64,000 bases of DNA from an uncultured Gemmatimonadaceae bacterium (GCA_963751275.1 CAVVTZ010000007.1:736001-800000); one strand, 5' to 3'; positions 10,287 to 24,395 are shown, numbered from the stretch's first letter. Numbers and translations are program-made. The notes: generated from the letters alone by a model not told the origin.

Positions 10287-12709
10287 TGGGTGTGCGGCGG
10301 CGGCACCGCCGCGGCGATCGCGGCCGCGCCCGCACCCGGCGCCATCGACGCCGCCGGCCGGCCGCCGCGCAGCGCGAAATTGAGCACCTCGTCCATGTTC
10401 GTGACGGGATGGAAGATCAGCCCGCTCTTGATGTCGTCGGGGATCTCGCTCAGTTCACGCGCGTTCCCCTCGGGAATGATCACGTGCGTCACGCCGCCGC
10501 GCCGCGCCGCCACGAGCTTCTCCTTCAGCCCGCCAATGGGCAGCACCCGTCCGCGCAGCGTGATCTCGCCCGTCATCGCCGTGTCGCCGCGCACCGCCAC
10601 GCCTGTGAGCGCGCTCACCACGGCCACCGCGATCCCGATCCCCGCGCTCGGCCCGTCCTTCGGCGTCGCGCCGTCGGGGATGTGCACGTGCAGGTCGCGC
10701 GTGCGCGGGAATTCCGGATCGATTCCGAGCACCGTCGCGCGCGACCGCGCATACGTGAGCGCAGCGCCGGCACTTTCCTTGAGCACGTCGCCGAGCGTGC
10801 CGGTGAGCTGAAGACGTCCGCGCCCGCGCACCACCGCCACTTCGATCTCCAGCAGGTCGCCGCCGATCGAGGTATACGCGAGCCCCGTCGCGACGCCCAC
10901 GCGGTCCTCGCGCTTCTCGTCGGCCTCGTCGAAGGGCGGCACGCCGAGCAGCCGTTCGAGGTCCGCGGCGGCCACCGTCTGCATCGCCGGCGGATTCGCC
11001 GGATCCACCACGGCCTCGCGCGCGAGCTTGCGCGCCACGCGCGCCAGCCGCCGCTCGAGTTCGCGCACGCCGGCCTCGCGCGTGTACCCGCGCGTGATCG
11101 CCGGCACCGCGTCGGGCGCGAAGGTCACCTTCGCCGGATCGAGCCCGTGCGCCCGCAGCTGCTTCGGGATCAGGAACTGCCGCGCGATCGCGTACTTCTC
11201 GTGATCCACGTAGCCCGCCAAGCGAATTACTTCCATGCGGTCGCGCAGCGCGTCGGGGATCTGCCCGATCGTGTTCGCGGTCGTGAGGAAGAGCACCTGC
11301 GAGAGATCGTAATCGACCTCGAGATAGTGATCGTTAAAGGCTCGATTTTGCTCGGGATCGAGCACTTCCAGCAGCGCCGCCGCCGGATCGCCGCGCCAGT
11401 CCTGGCCGAGCTTGTCCACTTCGTCCAGCAGGATCACCGGGTTCACGACCTCGGCCTTCCGCATCGCCTGCACCACGCGCCCGGGCAGCGAGCCGATGTA
11501 GGTGCGGCGGTGACCGCGGATCTCGGCTTCGTCGCGCACGCCGCCCAGCGACATGCGCACGAATTTGCGGCCCAGGGCGCGCGCGATGGAGCGCCCGAGC
11601 GACGTCTTGCCCACGCCCGGCGGTCCCACCAGGCACAGGATGGGACCTTCCATCTTCCCCACGAGCGCGAGCACCGCGATGTAATCGAGGATGCGGTCCT
11701 TCACATCCTCGAGCCCATAGTGATCCTCGTCGAGCACCGCACGCGCGTGCGTGACGTCGATCACGTCGTCGCTGCGTTCGGTGAAGGGCAGCGCGATGAG
11801 CCAGTCGAGATAATTGCGCCCCACCGTCGCCTCGGGACTGAGCGGCGACGTGCGCCGCAGCTTCCGCAGCTCGCGCTCCGCGCGCTCCTTCACCGGGGCG
11901 GGGAAGTTCTTCTTCTCGATGGCGGCCTGCAGCTCGTCGAAGCCGTCGCCTTCTTCCTGGCCGAGCTCGCGGTGGATCGCCTTGAGCTGCTCCTGCAGGT
12001 AGAACTCGCGCTGGTTCTGGAAGAGCGAGCCGCGCACGTCGTTGTCGATCTTGCGTTCCAGCTTCAGGATCTCGTTCTCCGCGACGAGCGTCTCGCCCAG
12101 GAGTTCGTTGAGCGCGCGCATGTTCGCGGCCTCGAGGAGTTTCTGCCGTTGCTCGAGCTTGACCAGGAGATGCGCGGCGACCGCGAAGGCCTGCTTGTCC
12201 ACGCTCTGCGCGCCCTGCACGAGCGCCGCCACTTCGCCGGGGATCCGGCGGTGCATGCCGACGTACTCATCGAAGAGCGTGACGACGCGCCGGATCTGCG
12301 CGTGCTCGTCGGGCGTGGCCGGGTGATCGCGGAAGGGGCGCGCCTCGACGAGCGCGCTGAGGTGATGCTCGCCGGGTGTGTAGCGCGTGACGCGTCCACG
12401 GCCCACTCCCTCGACGAGGACCTTGGTGGTTCCGTTCGGATTGCGCGCGAGCTGCAGCACCCGCCCGATGACGCCCGTGCGGAAGAGATCCTTGGCGCCG
12501 GGCTCGTTCGTGTCGGCCGACTTCTGCGCGACGAGGAAGATCCACCGGTCGTGCGCCAGCGCGGTCTCGATCGCCGCGAGGGATGCGGGGCGGCCCACGA
12601 GCAGCGGGATGACCATGTACGGGAACACGACGACATCCCGGAGGGGCATGACGGGAAGCTTGTCGGGGACATCGAAGCGTTCGCTTTCACGCACTACGGT
12701 TAAGGTCAT
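10283..12709 (-). CDS. lon: Lon protease (paralog 1)
   Basis: LON N-domain, Walker A GPPGVGKT, Walker B LLDEVDK, catalytic PKDGPSAG and GGLKEK. Confidence 0.97.
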   Translation of the reverse strand: MTLTVVRESERFDVPDKLPVMPLRDVVVFPYMVIPLLVGRPASLAAIETALAHDRWIFLVAQKSADTNEPGAKDLFRTGVIGRVLQLARNPNGTTKVLVEGVGRGRVTRYTPGEHHLSALVEARPFRDHPATPDEHAQIRRVVTLFDEYVGMHRRIPGEVAALVQGAQSVDKQAFAVAAHLLVKLEQRQKLLEAANMRALNELLGETLVAENEILKLERKIDNDVRGSLFQNQREFYLQEQLKAIHRELGQEEGDGFDELQAAIEKKNFPAPVKERAERELRKLRRTSPLSPEATVGRNYLDWLIALPFTERSDDVIDVTHARAVLDEDHYGLEDVKDRILDYIAVLALVGKMEGPILCLVGPPGVGKTSLGRSIARALGRKFVRMSLGGVRDEAEIRGHRRTYIGSLPGRVVQAMRKAEVVNPVILLDEVDKLGQDWRGDPAAALLEVLDPEQNRAFNDHYLEVDYDLSQVLFLTTANTIGQIPDALRDRMEVIRLAGYVDHEKYAIARQFLIPKQLRAHGLDPAKVTFAPDAVPAITRGYTREAGVRELERRLARVARKLAREAVVDPANPPAMQTVAAADLERLLGVPPFDEADEKREDRVGVATGLAYTSIGGDLLEIEVAVVRGRGRLQLTGTLGDVLKESAGAALTYARSRATVLGIDPEFPRTRDLHVHIPDGATPKDGPSAGIGIAVAVVSALTGVAVRGDTAMTGEITLRGRVLPIGGLKEKLVAARRGGVTHVIIPEGNARELSEIPDDIKSGLIFHPVTNMDEVLNFALRGGRPAASMAPGAGAAAIAAAVPPPHTH

Positions 12710-12770
12710 GAGTCAATATACCCCTATCCACCACATTCGCCCCTCCTGCTCGCCGACCGCCGGCGAAGCG

Positions 12771-13087
12771 ACGGGGCGTGAGGCGAAACCCGAACTCCGT
12801 TATTGGTCCCCCGAACGCCGTGAGGCGTGAGGCGTGCGCCGAACTGACTATGGGGCGGTGCTGAAAACCCGAACCCCGTGAGGCGTGAGGCGTGCGTCAA
12901 ACGGCGTACGGTCCGTCCGCCGCACGCCTCCCGCCTCACGGTCTTCGGGGTACGTCTCACGGCGTTCGGGTCGCGCCTCACGGCGTTCGGGGTACGCACG
13001 AACGCCGTACAGTCAGTTCGACGTACGCCTCACGCCTCACGGTTTTCAGGGTACGAATAACGGCGTTCGGGGTGCCAGCAACGCCGT
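12771..13087. repeat. Nested inverted-repeat element C built from 7-bp units (GCGTGAG, CCGAACK)
   Basis: Outer arms 12789-12849 and 13011-13071, inner arms ~12868-12896 and ~12921-12950, and ~21-bp tandem copies at 12930-12992. Confidence 0.9.
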
Positions 13088-13100
13088 TCTTATCGCGGGA

Positions 13101-14351
<1,251 letters not shown>

Positions 14352-14449
14352 TGGGTCCGGGAAGCGGGAGGCGCGGGGTATCTAACATCCACCCTAAAGA
14401 CGGTCAAGCGGGAGCGGCGCCACAAGCCCCTCCCGCCAAGTGAATCATT

Positions 14450-15078
14450 TCACAAGGTCGCGATCTTCTCCTTGTCGTCCTTCATGATCGCCCGGTGCTG
14501 CGCGATCACGCTGTCGATGATCCCGTACTCCTTCGCCTCCTCCGCGCTCATGAACCGGTCGCGGTCGATGTCGCGCTCGATCTGCTCCACCTTCTTGCCC
14601 GTGTGCTTGCCGAACAGCTCGTTCATCTTGGCGCGCAGGTACAGGATCTCGCGCGCCTGGATCTCGATGTCGGCCGCCGTGCCCTGCGTCCCGCCGCTCG
14701 GCTGGTGGATCATGATCCGCGCGTGCGGCAGCGCGCTGCGCTTGCCCGCCGTCCCGCCGCCAGCAGGAACGCGCCCATGCACGCCGCCATCCCCATGCAG
14801 ATCGTGCGGATCGGCGCGTTCAGGAACTGCATCGTGTCGTAGATCGCCATGCCGGCGCTCACGCTGCCGCCCGGCGAGTTGATGTACAGATTGATGTCGC
14901 GCTCGGGGTTGTCCGCCTCGAGGAAGAGCAGCTGCGCGATCACGATGTTCGCCACGTCGTCGTTGATCGGCGTGCCGAGGAAGACGATGCGGTCCATCAG
15001 CAGGCGCGAGAAGATGTCGTACGTCCGCTCGCCGCGGCTCGACCGCTCGATCACATAGGGAGGATAGATCGTCGACAC
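14450..15078 (-). CDS. clpP: ClpP proteolytic subunit, frameshift ~14762
   Basis: Motifs [23 protein letters not shown] and [18 protein letters not shown]; lies between tig and clpX. Confidence 0.95.
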
Positions 15079-15109
15079 GGGCAGGTTTCCGGTTGGGGTC
15101 TGGGCCACC

Positions 15110-16357
15110 TTAAGCGCTCCTCTGGATCTCATTGTGTTCGAGCAGCCACGCGAAGACCTTGTCCTCCGTGATGCTGCGCTCGATCTCCTTGATGCGCCCC
15201 GCCTTCTGCAGCGACGCATAGATCGCGCCCGGCTCGGCGCCCCGCTTGGCGGCCACGTCGGCCACGCGCGCATCAATGTCCGACTCCGACGCCGCGAGCT
15301 TCTCGCGCGCGGCGATCGTTTCGATCACCAGATCGCGCCGCACCTGCCGCTCCGCCACCGCGCGGAATTCCCCGGCGAACTTCTGCTTCTCCTCGTCGGG
15401 GATCTGGTACATCTCGGCGTACGCACGCACCAGATCGTTCACCCAGCTCACCGGCACCTCGAACGGATTCGCCGAGACCAGCTCGTCGATCAGCTTCTGG
15501 CGGACCTCGGCGTCGGCCTCGCGCGCGGTGTGCGTGACGAGGTCGGCGCGCACCGCGGTCTTGAGCGCATCCAGCGAATCGAAATCGCCTACCTCGCGCG
15601 CGAAGGCGTCGTCGAGGGCGGGGAGTTCCTTGCGCTTCACGTCCACGACCTGCACGCGCACTGTTTTCGTCTTGCCGCGCTGCGCTTCGTCGGGGAAGTC
15701 ATCCGGCCACTTCACCGGACCCTCCTGCGTGGCGCCCGCGTCGGTGCGCATGATCAATTCTTCCACGGCCGCGATCGCCTGGCCCGAGCCGACGACGATC
15801 CGGTATTCCTTGCCCTCGGGCATCGCGCCCGCATCATCGGCGGTCGCCAGCATCACCGTGACCATGTCGCCCGGCAGCGCGCGCTCCGTCACCGGCGTCC
15901 ACGTGGCGCGCTGGTCGCGCAGCGTCTCGAGCTGCTCCTTGATCATCTCGTCCGTGAGCGGCTTCTCCGCGCGCGCGATCCGGAATCCCGACGTGCGCGC
16001 GAGCGCGATCGTGGGCTTCACCTCGAGATGCAGCTCAAAGGTGAGCGGCTGGCCCTCGTGGAAATGCAGATCGTGCACGTGCGGCTGCGTCGCGAGATCG
16101 AGCTTGTCGCGTTCGAGCACCGTCTTGAACGCTTCCTGCACGAGCGACTCGATCGCTTCCTGGCGGATCGCGTCCGCGAACTTCTTGCGCACCACCGCCG
16201 CCGGCGCCTTGCCGGGCCGGAAGCCGGGCATGCGGACCTGCGTCGCGTAGCGAGTCGCGGCGCGGTCCTCCGCGCCCTTCACATCAGCGACCGGAACGGT
16301 CACCGCGAGCCGGCGTTCCAAGCCCTCGCTCTTCGTGGATTTGATCTCAATGGACAT
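15110..16357 (-). CDS. tig: Trigger factor
   Basis: Signature PGFRPGKAP, an FKBP-like middle domain, and position upstream of clpP. Confidence 0.95.
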   Translation of the reverse strand: MSIEIKSTKSEGLERRLAVTVPVADVKGAEDRAATRYATQVRMPGFRPGKAPAAVVRKKFADAIRQEAIESLVQEAFKTVLERDKLDLATQPHVHDLHFHEGQPLTFELHLEVKPTIALARTSGFRIARAEKPLTDEMIKEQLETLRDQRATWTPVTERALPGDMVTVMLATADDAGAMPEGKEYRIVVGSGQAIAAVEELIMRTDAGATQEGPVKWPDDFPDEAQRGKTKTVRVQVVDVKRKELPALDDAFAREVGDFDSLDALKTAVRADLVTHTAREADAEVRQKLIDELVSANPFEVPVSWVNDLVRAYAEMYQIPDEEKQKFAGEFRAVAERQVRRDLVIETIAAREKLAASESDIDARVADVAAKRGAEPGAIYASLQKAGRIKEIERSITEDKVFAWLLEHNEIQRSA

Positions 16358-16405
16358 GACTACAAGATAACGGGTGGGGAAGGGCAGTGGGGCTGTTACA
16401 CGCCA

Positions 16406-16573
16406 CCCCGAACGCCGTCCTTGGTCCCCCGAACTCCGCCATTGGCCAGTGAGGTGTGGTACCAGCTACAGCGTCCTTGGAATTGTATTGGAGCAACGCC
16501 AAGTACGCCTGAGCCTTGACCACACGCTAATGGCTAATGGCGGCGTTCGGGGGACCAAGTACGGAGTCCGGGG
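16406..16573. repeat. Inverted-repeat element D (43-bp arms), same family as element C
   Basis: Arms 16406-16448 and 16531-16573 have 5 mismatches. They share CCCGAACKCCGTNNTTGGTCCCCCGAACKCCG with 12789-12820. Confidence 0.9.
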
Positions 16574-16590
16574 TTCGCAGTAGTCGCCCC

Positions 16591-17595
16591 TTAGCCCCGC
16601 CTAATGAACCCCGCGTCCACGCTCGGCGGCGTCGGCCGCGCGGTGTCCGATTCCCGCACGTGCGACATCTCCCACGCCTGGTGGATCGCGTCCATCACCG
16701 CGTCGGGGCGCGTGATGTGGATCATGTGGCCGGCGTTGGGCAGCACCACGAGGCGCGAACGGTGCACCTGGTTGTGGAGACGGTAGCCCTGGCGCGCCGG
16801 CACCGCCACGCGGTCGCTGTCGCCCACCACGATCACAAGCGGCAGCCCGATCTCGCTGTAGCGCGCCGACAACTCGCCCGCGCTGTCGTAGCTCGCGGTG
16901 AAATCCTCGTCGCGCGCGTGCCGCTGCGCCGGCCGCGCGCGGCGGAACGCGAGCAGGGGATCCGTCGCCTCCGTGTCGGGCACCGGCTCCGGCGCGAAGC
17001 GCGCGCGCATCGTCGCACGGTACACGCGGTAGCCCACCAGGGGCTGCAGCACCGGCGTCAGTCGGTCGCTCGCGCGCGTCATGAGGTGCCCCTGCGGGTC
17101 GGTGTGGCGCGAATTGTCGTCGGCATAGCAGAGCGGATTCAGGAGCACCAGCCCCGCCAGTTCGTTGCCGTGTTCCAGCGCGTACGCCAGCGCCAGGAAT
17201 CCGCTCCACGAATGCGCCACCAGCAGCGGCTGCTCGATCCCCACGCGCCGCACCGCATCGCGCACCAGCTCGGCCTGCCCGCTCACGCTCAAGCCCTCAG
17301 GCGGACGCTCGCTGTGCCCGTAGCCGGGGCGGTCGATGATCACCGCCTTGAAATCGCGGCTCACGCGCTCGCGCAGGCGCCCCGAGAAATCCGTGGCGTC
17401 GCCGTAATTGCCGTGGAGCAGCACCACGGGACGTCCGCTGCCGCGCACCAGCACGTGGACGTTCACGCCGTCCACCTTCACGCGCTCGCCCTCCGCCGGA
17501 TAGCGCTGCGTCACCTCGCGGCGCTTCCACCGGTCATAGCCGAGCAGCACGCCGCCGAACGCGATCACTCCTGCCGAGATCAGCAGCCAGATCAT
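16591..17595 (-). CDS. Alpha/beta hydrolase with N-terminal membrane anchor
   Basis: Motifs VLLHG, DRPGYGHS, nucleophile elbow AHSWSG, GDSD and AGH. Confidence 0.85.
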   Translation of the reverse strand: MIWLLISAGVIAFGGVLLGYDRWKRREVTQRYPAEGERVKVDGVNVHVLVRGSGRPVVLLHGNYGDATDFSGRLRERVSRDFKAVIIDRPGYGHSERPPEGLSVSGQAELVRDAVRRVGIEQPLLVAHSWSGFLALAYALEHGNELAGLVLLNPLCYADDNSRHTDPQGHLMTRASDRLTPVLQPLVGYRVYRATMRARFAPEPVPDTEATDPLLAFRRARPAQRHARDEDFTASYDSAGELSARYSEIGLPLVIVVGDSDRVAVPARQGYRLHNQVHRSRLVVLPNAGHMIHITRPDAVMDAIHQAWEMSHVRESDTARPTPPSVDAGFIRRG

Positions 17596-17726
17596 CCACT
17601 CCTCCCCGGTTCTCGCAACGCTACGACCCGCCCGCCACACCGTCAACGTCCGTTCGCTTGACAGCACGCGCTCCGAACGCAGGATACAGCACCTTCGCGC
17701 CGCCACGCCCCACGAGGATCCGCCGC

Positions 17727-19433
17727 GTGCCCACTGTCACGAAACCCTGGCTGTCCCACTACGATCCCGGCGTGCCTTCGTCCATCGCGCCGTACCCTTC
17801 GCGCACGTCGCTCGACTACTTCGACGACGCCGTCCGCGACCGCCCCGACAGCACCTTCCTGCTCTTCAAGGGCGCCTCGCTTACGTACGGCGAACTCGAC
17901 GCGCTCGCCAATGCCTGCGCCGCCGCCTTCGCGAAGCTCGGCGTGCGCCGCGGTGACCGCGTTGCGCTCATGCTGCCCAACTGCCCGCAGTTCCTCATCG
18001 CCGAGCTCGCCGCGTGGCGCCTCGGCGCGGTGGTCGTGCCGCTGAATCCCATCTACAACGAAGAGGAACTCCACGGCCCGCTCGTCACATCCGGCGCGCA
18101 AACCGTGGTGGTCCTCACCCCTTTCTACGAGCGCATCCGCCGCGCCGTCACAGGAACGGCGGTCAAGACGGTCATCGCGACCAATATCAAGGAGTACCTG
18201 CCGCCCCTGCTGCGCGTGTTGTTCACGCTGCTGAAGGAGAAGAAGGAGGGGCACCGCGTGACACTCGCCGCGGGCGATCTCCGCTTCGATGAGCTGCTCG
18301 CCGCGAACCGTGGAGTGAAGGTCGCGCGAGAGAGGATCGGCCCCGACGACCTCGCCACGTTGCTGCTCACCGGCGGCACCACCGGCGTGCCCAAGTGCGC
18401 GATGTGCACGCACCGCGCGACCATCGCCGCCGGGCTGCAGATCAAGGCATGGATGGGTCCCGTGCTGCAGGAGTGGGTGTCGCCGATCATGATCCCGCTC
18501 CCCCTCTTCCACACGTACGGCAATACCGGCGCGCAGGGTCTCGCCTTCGTCGGCCACTGCCCGATGGTGCTCGTGCCGAACCCGCGCGATCTGCCGGATG
18601 TGCTCAAGACGATCGATCGTACGAGACCGGCCTTCTTCTGCGGCGTCCCGACGCTGTACAACGCGCTGATCAACCACCCGATGGTGCAGGCCGGGAAGAT
18701 CGATTTCCGATCCATTCGCGCGTGCATGAGCGGCGCGTCGCCGCTGATGGCCGAGACCAAGCGCCGCTTCGAGGCGCTCACCGGCGGCCGGATCTTCGAG
18801 GGCTACGCGCTCACCGAATCCGGGATGGCCGCGGTGTGCAATCCCTTCGTCGGCAACGGCAAGCCCGGCTCGGTGGGCATGCCGCTGCCCGATGTCGAGG
18901 TCGCGATCGTGGATGACGAATCCGGCGACCGCGTGCTCCCTGCCGGCGAGACGGGTGAGATCATCCTGCGCGCACCGAACCTGATGGAGGGCTACTGGCA
19001 CAACGATGCCGAATCGAAAGCGATGCTCCGCCCGTTCGGCGAGGGCGGTCCGTGGCTCTACACAGGCGACCTCGGCTATCTCGACGGCGACGGATTCCTC
19101 TTCATCGTCGATCGCAAGAAGGACCTGATCAAGGCGGGCGGATTCCAGGTGTGGCCGCGCGAAGTGGAAGAAGCGATCGCGAAGCATCCGGCGGTGGCCG
19201 AGGTGGGTGTGGTGGGCGTGACCGACGCGGCGAAGGGCGAGGCGGTGTTGGCGTGCGTCGTGCTGCGGCCGGGGATGACGGCGAGCGCGGAGGACATCCG
19301 CGCGTTCTCGAAGGAACATCTCGCGCCGTACAAAGTGCCGTCGCGGGTGGAATTCCGCGCGGACCTGCCGAAGTCAATGGTGGGGAAGGTGCTGAGGCGG
19401 ATGCTGCGGGAGCCGGTCGCGGCGAAGGTCTGA
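17727..19433 (+). CDS. Long-chain fatty acid-CoA ligase (FadD-like)
   Basis: Motifs TGGTTGVPK, EGYALTE, TGDLG, DRKKDLIK and LPKSMVGK. Confidence 0.9.
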   Translation: MPTVTKPWLSHYDPGVPSSIAPYPSRTSLDYFDDAVRDRPDSTFLLFKGASLTYGELDALANACAAAFAKLGVRRGDRVALMLPNCPQFLIAELAAWRLGAVVVPLNPIYNEEELHGPLVTSGAQTVVVLTPFYERIRRAVTGTAVKTVIATNIKEYLPPLLRVLFTLLKEKKEGHRVTLAAGDLRFDELLAANRGVKVARERIGPDDLATLLLTGGTTGVPKCAMCTHRATIAAGLQIKAWMGPVLQEWVSPIMIPLPLFHTYGNTGAQGLAFVGHCPMVLVPNPRDLPDVLKTIDRTRPAFFCGVPTLYNALINHPMVQAGKIDFRSIRACMSGASPLMAETKRRFEALTGGRIFEGYALTESGMAAVCNPFVGNGKPGSVGMPLPDVEVAIVDDESGDRVLPAGETGEIILRAPNLMEGYWHNDAESKAMLRPFGEGGPWLYTGDLGYLDGDGFLFIVDRKKDLIKAGGFQVWPREVEEAIAKHPAVAEVGVVGVTDAAKGEAVLACVVLRPGMTASAEDIRAFSKEHLAPYKVPSRVEFRADLPKSMVGKVLRRMLREPVAAKV

Positions 19434-19544
19434 TCGCGGGTCCCGAGTCCCGCGCAGTCAGGTCTTGCGCGAAAGCTCGCGCGATGGAACGATGATGCTC
19501 GCAGGATTTTGATTCAGCGCTCTTCCACGATCGAGGAGGCTCTC

Positions 19545-20207
19545 TTGCTGAAAAGATTGATCGGTCTCGCGGCGCTCGGCGCCGTGCTCGCGCTCCCCGC
19601 CTCGCTCCGCGCTCAGGCGCCGGCGAGCGTCTGCAAAGACGGCACCACCTCGAACGCGACCGGCTCGGGCGCGTGTTCGGGGCATGGCGGTGTCGACAAG
19701 GCCAAGACCAAGGCGGCGCACACGCCGCCCGCCCCGCCGCCGGCGCCGGCGACGATGGTCATGTGCAAGGATGGGACGCAGTCGAAGAGCGGCCAAGGCG
19801 CCTGCTCACATCACGGCGGCGTCGGCACGCCGACCCCCACCGCCGCCGCGCAGCCGCCCGCTCCCGCGCCGGCTCCGGCGAACCCTCCGAGCAACATGAC
19901 CGGCGGGCCCGTGATGTGCGCCGATGGCACGACGTCGAACACGAGCGGGCAGGGCGCCTGCTCCCACCACGGCGGCGTGAAGCACAACGGCACGGCTCCT
20001 GCCGCGCCTCCCGCGGCGCCGCCCCCGGCGCCCGCGAACACGCCGACGATGACCGGCAATGGAACCGCGCCCAGCAACAATCCACAGGGCGCGATCGCGA
20101 AGTGCAAGGACGGCACCTACTCGCACAGCAAGCAGCACAGCGGCGCCTGCTCCCAGCACGGCGGAGTCGCGCAATGGCTGGACGGAACGCCGGCCAAGCA
20201 AGACTAA
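19545..20207 (+). CDS. Secreted protein with four DUF3761-type CxDGTxS...GACSxHGGV modules joined by Pro/Ala linkers
   Basis: GGAGG SD before a TTG at 19545, a signal peptide, and four repeats visible in the translation. Confidence 0.8.
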   Translation: MLKRLIGLAALGAVLALPASLRAQAPASVCKDGTTSNATGSGACSGHGGVDKAKTKAAHTPPAPPPAPATMVMCKDGTQSKSGQGACSHHGGVGTPTPTAAAQPPAPAPAPANPPSNMTGGPVMCADGTTSNTSGQGACSHHGGVKHNGTAPAAPPAAPPPAPANTPTMTGNGTAPSNNPQGAIAKCKDGTYSHSKQHSGACSQHGGVAQWLDGTPAKQD

Positions 20208-20246
20208 CTCCGACGTTGGCCGTTAGAGCAACGGGAAGCGGATTGC

Positions 20247-20282
20247 AACGAGGGGCGCCGCGACAGCGGCGCCCCTCGTTTT
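20247..20282 (+). terminator. Intrinsic terminator of the DUF3761-type gene
   Basis: Perfect 15-bp stem AACGAGGGGCGCCGC/GCGGCGCCCCTCGTT, GACA loop, ending in TTTT. Confidence 0.75.
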
Positions 20283-20307
20283 GCCGTACCTATACGCTAT
20301 CCCCTTG

Positions 20308-20344
20308 AAAAAAGACGGCGGCCGTTCCGGCCGTCGTCTTTTTT
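20308..20344. terminator. Bidirectional intrinsic terminator downstream of tRNA-Leu
   Basis: A6-GACGGCGGCCG-TTC-CGGCCGTCGTC-T6. Confidence 0.85.
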
Positions 20345-20349
20345 CGCAG

Positions 20350-20431
20350 TGCGAGAGGAGGGACTCGAACCCCCACGGGTCACCCCACTGGATCCTAAGT
20401 CCAGCGCGTCTACCAATTCCGCCACTCCCGC
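20350..20431 (-). tRNA. tRNA-Leu (anticodon TAG); CCA not encoded
   Basis: Minus strand shows acceptor GCGGGAG/CTCTCGC+A, D-arm GGCGGAATTGGTAGACGC, anticodon arm CTGGA-CTTAGGA-TCCAG, a long variable arm and T-loop GTTCGAGTC. Confidence 0.97.
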
Positions 20432-20486
20432 GCGCGGCTCCAACCTAAGAGACGCACGGGAACGCGGCCAGGCACCGCGCCGCCGC

Positions 20487-22038
20487 TCAGCCGCCCACTC
20501 TCAGATTCACTACCCGCGTCGACTTGATGCCGGCGTTGTACACCAGCAGCGTCACCACATCGCCGTCCTTCACGCCCGATAGCGCGTCATTGAGATCGGC
20601 CACGGTGCGGATCGCCTTCTGCTTGGGACTCAGCACCTTCACGATCAGGTCGCTGCCCGGCTGCAGCTGATGGAACGCCGGACCCATCGCATCCACATCG
20701 GTCACGGCTAGGCCGCGCTGGTTCTCGGGGATCTCGGCCCGGCTCGCCTTCTCGGCGCTCAGGATCTCCACCGAGATGCCGAGCTTGTCGTACGACGCCG
20801 GCTGCGCGCTGTCGTCGTCGCCGGAGTTGTCCGCGACCTTCGTTTCCTCGCTCGGCGCCTCGGCGAGCTTCACCTTGAACGACTTCTTCTCGCCGAATCG
20901 CATCACATCCACGGTCACGACGTCGCCCGGCTTGTGATCGCGGATCTGGCGCTGCATCTGTGCCACGCGGTCCACCGGCACGCCGTCGATCGCCACGATC
21001 ACGTCACCCGCCTCGATGCCGGCCTTCGCCGCGGGGCTGTCCTGCCCGGGCGTCGAACCGCCTACGAGCGCGCCGCGGATCTCCTTGAGCCCCGCCGCCT
21101 GCGCGTCCTCCGGCCGCAGATCCGTGATGGACACGCCCAGGATCGCGCGCCGCACGCGGCCGTACTGGATGATGTCGCTCATCACCGTCTTCGCGAGCGT
21201 GATCGGGATCGCGAAGCCGTAGCCCGAGTAGTAGCCGGTCTGGCTCGCGATCGCGCTGTTGATGCCGATCACGTCCCCGCGCGTGTTCACGAGCGGGCCG
21301 CCGGAATTGCCCGGATTGATCGCCGCGTCCGTCTGGATGTAGTCGACGATCGCGTACTGGCTGGCGTAGAGCCCGCGCAGCTCGCGGCTCCGGCCCTTCG
21401 CGCTGATGATGCCGGCGGTGACGGTGAAGTCGAGGCCGAGCGGATTGCCGACGGCCAGCACCCACTCGCCGACGCGCGCCTTGGCATCATCGCCGAGCGC
21501 CACGGTCGGGAAGTTCGAGCCGTCGATCTTGATCACCGCGACGTCGGTGGTGGGATCGCGTCCCACGACCTTCGCCTTGAACATGCGCTTGTCGAGCAGG
21601 GTGACCGTGACCTTGTCCGCGTCGGCCACCACATGATTGTTCGTCAGGATGTAGCCATCGGGCGTGACGATGAAGCCCGAGCCGCTGCCCTCTTCCGGCT
21701 GGCGGTGCGCGTTCGGATCGAACTGGCGGAAGAAGTCATCCATGCCCGGAGGCGCACCCTGCCCCGGCGGCGTGCGCTGCGCCTTCGGCGCGTTGCGCTC
21801 GGTCACGATCGAGACCACCGCCGGCGTGACGCGCTCGGCGATCGCCACGAAATTGTTGCTGCCCTCGGGCACCGGGGAGCTCGGCGCCAGCTGCAGTTTG
21901 GCGCCATTATCGCGCTGCTGCGCGTAGCCGAATGGCGTGAGATTGAAGCCGGCGCGTGAACACGAGACCGGCAATGAAGGCGGCGATCGCCACGACGCCT
22001 AGCGTCGCTCGCGGCAGGAATCGGTTGGGCATACTCAT
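20487..22038 (-). CDS. htrA: HtrA/DegP periplasmic serine protease with two PDZ domains, frameshift ~21960
   Basis: Motifs GSGSGF, TNNHV, DVAVIK and QTDAAINPGNSGG. The signal peptide lies in a shifted frame from the ATG at 22038, with an AAGGA SD. Confidence 0.92.
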
Positions 22039-22145
22039 GTCCTTCGTGAGTGTGGGGTTTTGAATATACGCACCGCGGGACCCCGGAGTTCCGCTCGGGG
22101 CCCCGCCGTATCTACTTGGTCACCGGCGGGGCCGGCAGCGTTGCC

Positions 22146-24162
<2,017 letters not shown>

Positions 24163-24236
24163 AGCTTAGGCGCCGATTTGGCAGGCAAGTCTGCCACGTT
24201 AGTCGCCAATTGGCCGCAGTTATGTCACGCGCGGGA

Positions 24237-24316
24237 CTCGGGACTCGGGACTCGCCGCGGGACGCGATTGACCGCTCGGAAGTTCTCGCGTCCCGCGGCG
24301 AGTCCCGAGTCCCGAG
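24237..24316. repeat. Perfect 31-bp inverted repeat (element F) with GGGACTC heptamer units and an 18-nt loop
   Basis: CTCGGGACTCGGGACTCGCCGCGGGACGCGA (24237-24267) and its exact reverse complement (24286-24316). Confidence 0.95.
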
Positions 24317-24395
24317 CGTTACCGCTCTTTGCCGCCGGCGGAGCGCCGCCGTAAGTTCCACCCCGCGTCGCACCTCGTTCCTCATGGGAGATTGA

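Noticed and set aside
12771..13087. CRISPR array
   Set aside because: Repeats are inverted and 7-bp periodic, with no constant repeat/unique spacer alternation and no cas genes.
16360..20431. Active integrative element at tRNA-Leu
   Set aside because: No integrase or transposase and no duplicated tRNA 3' end were found.
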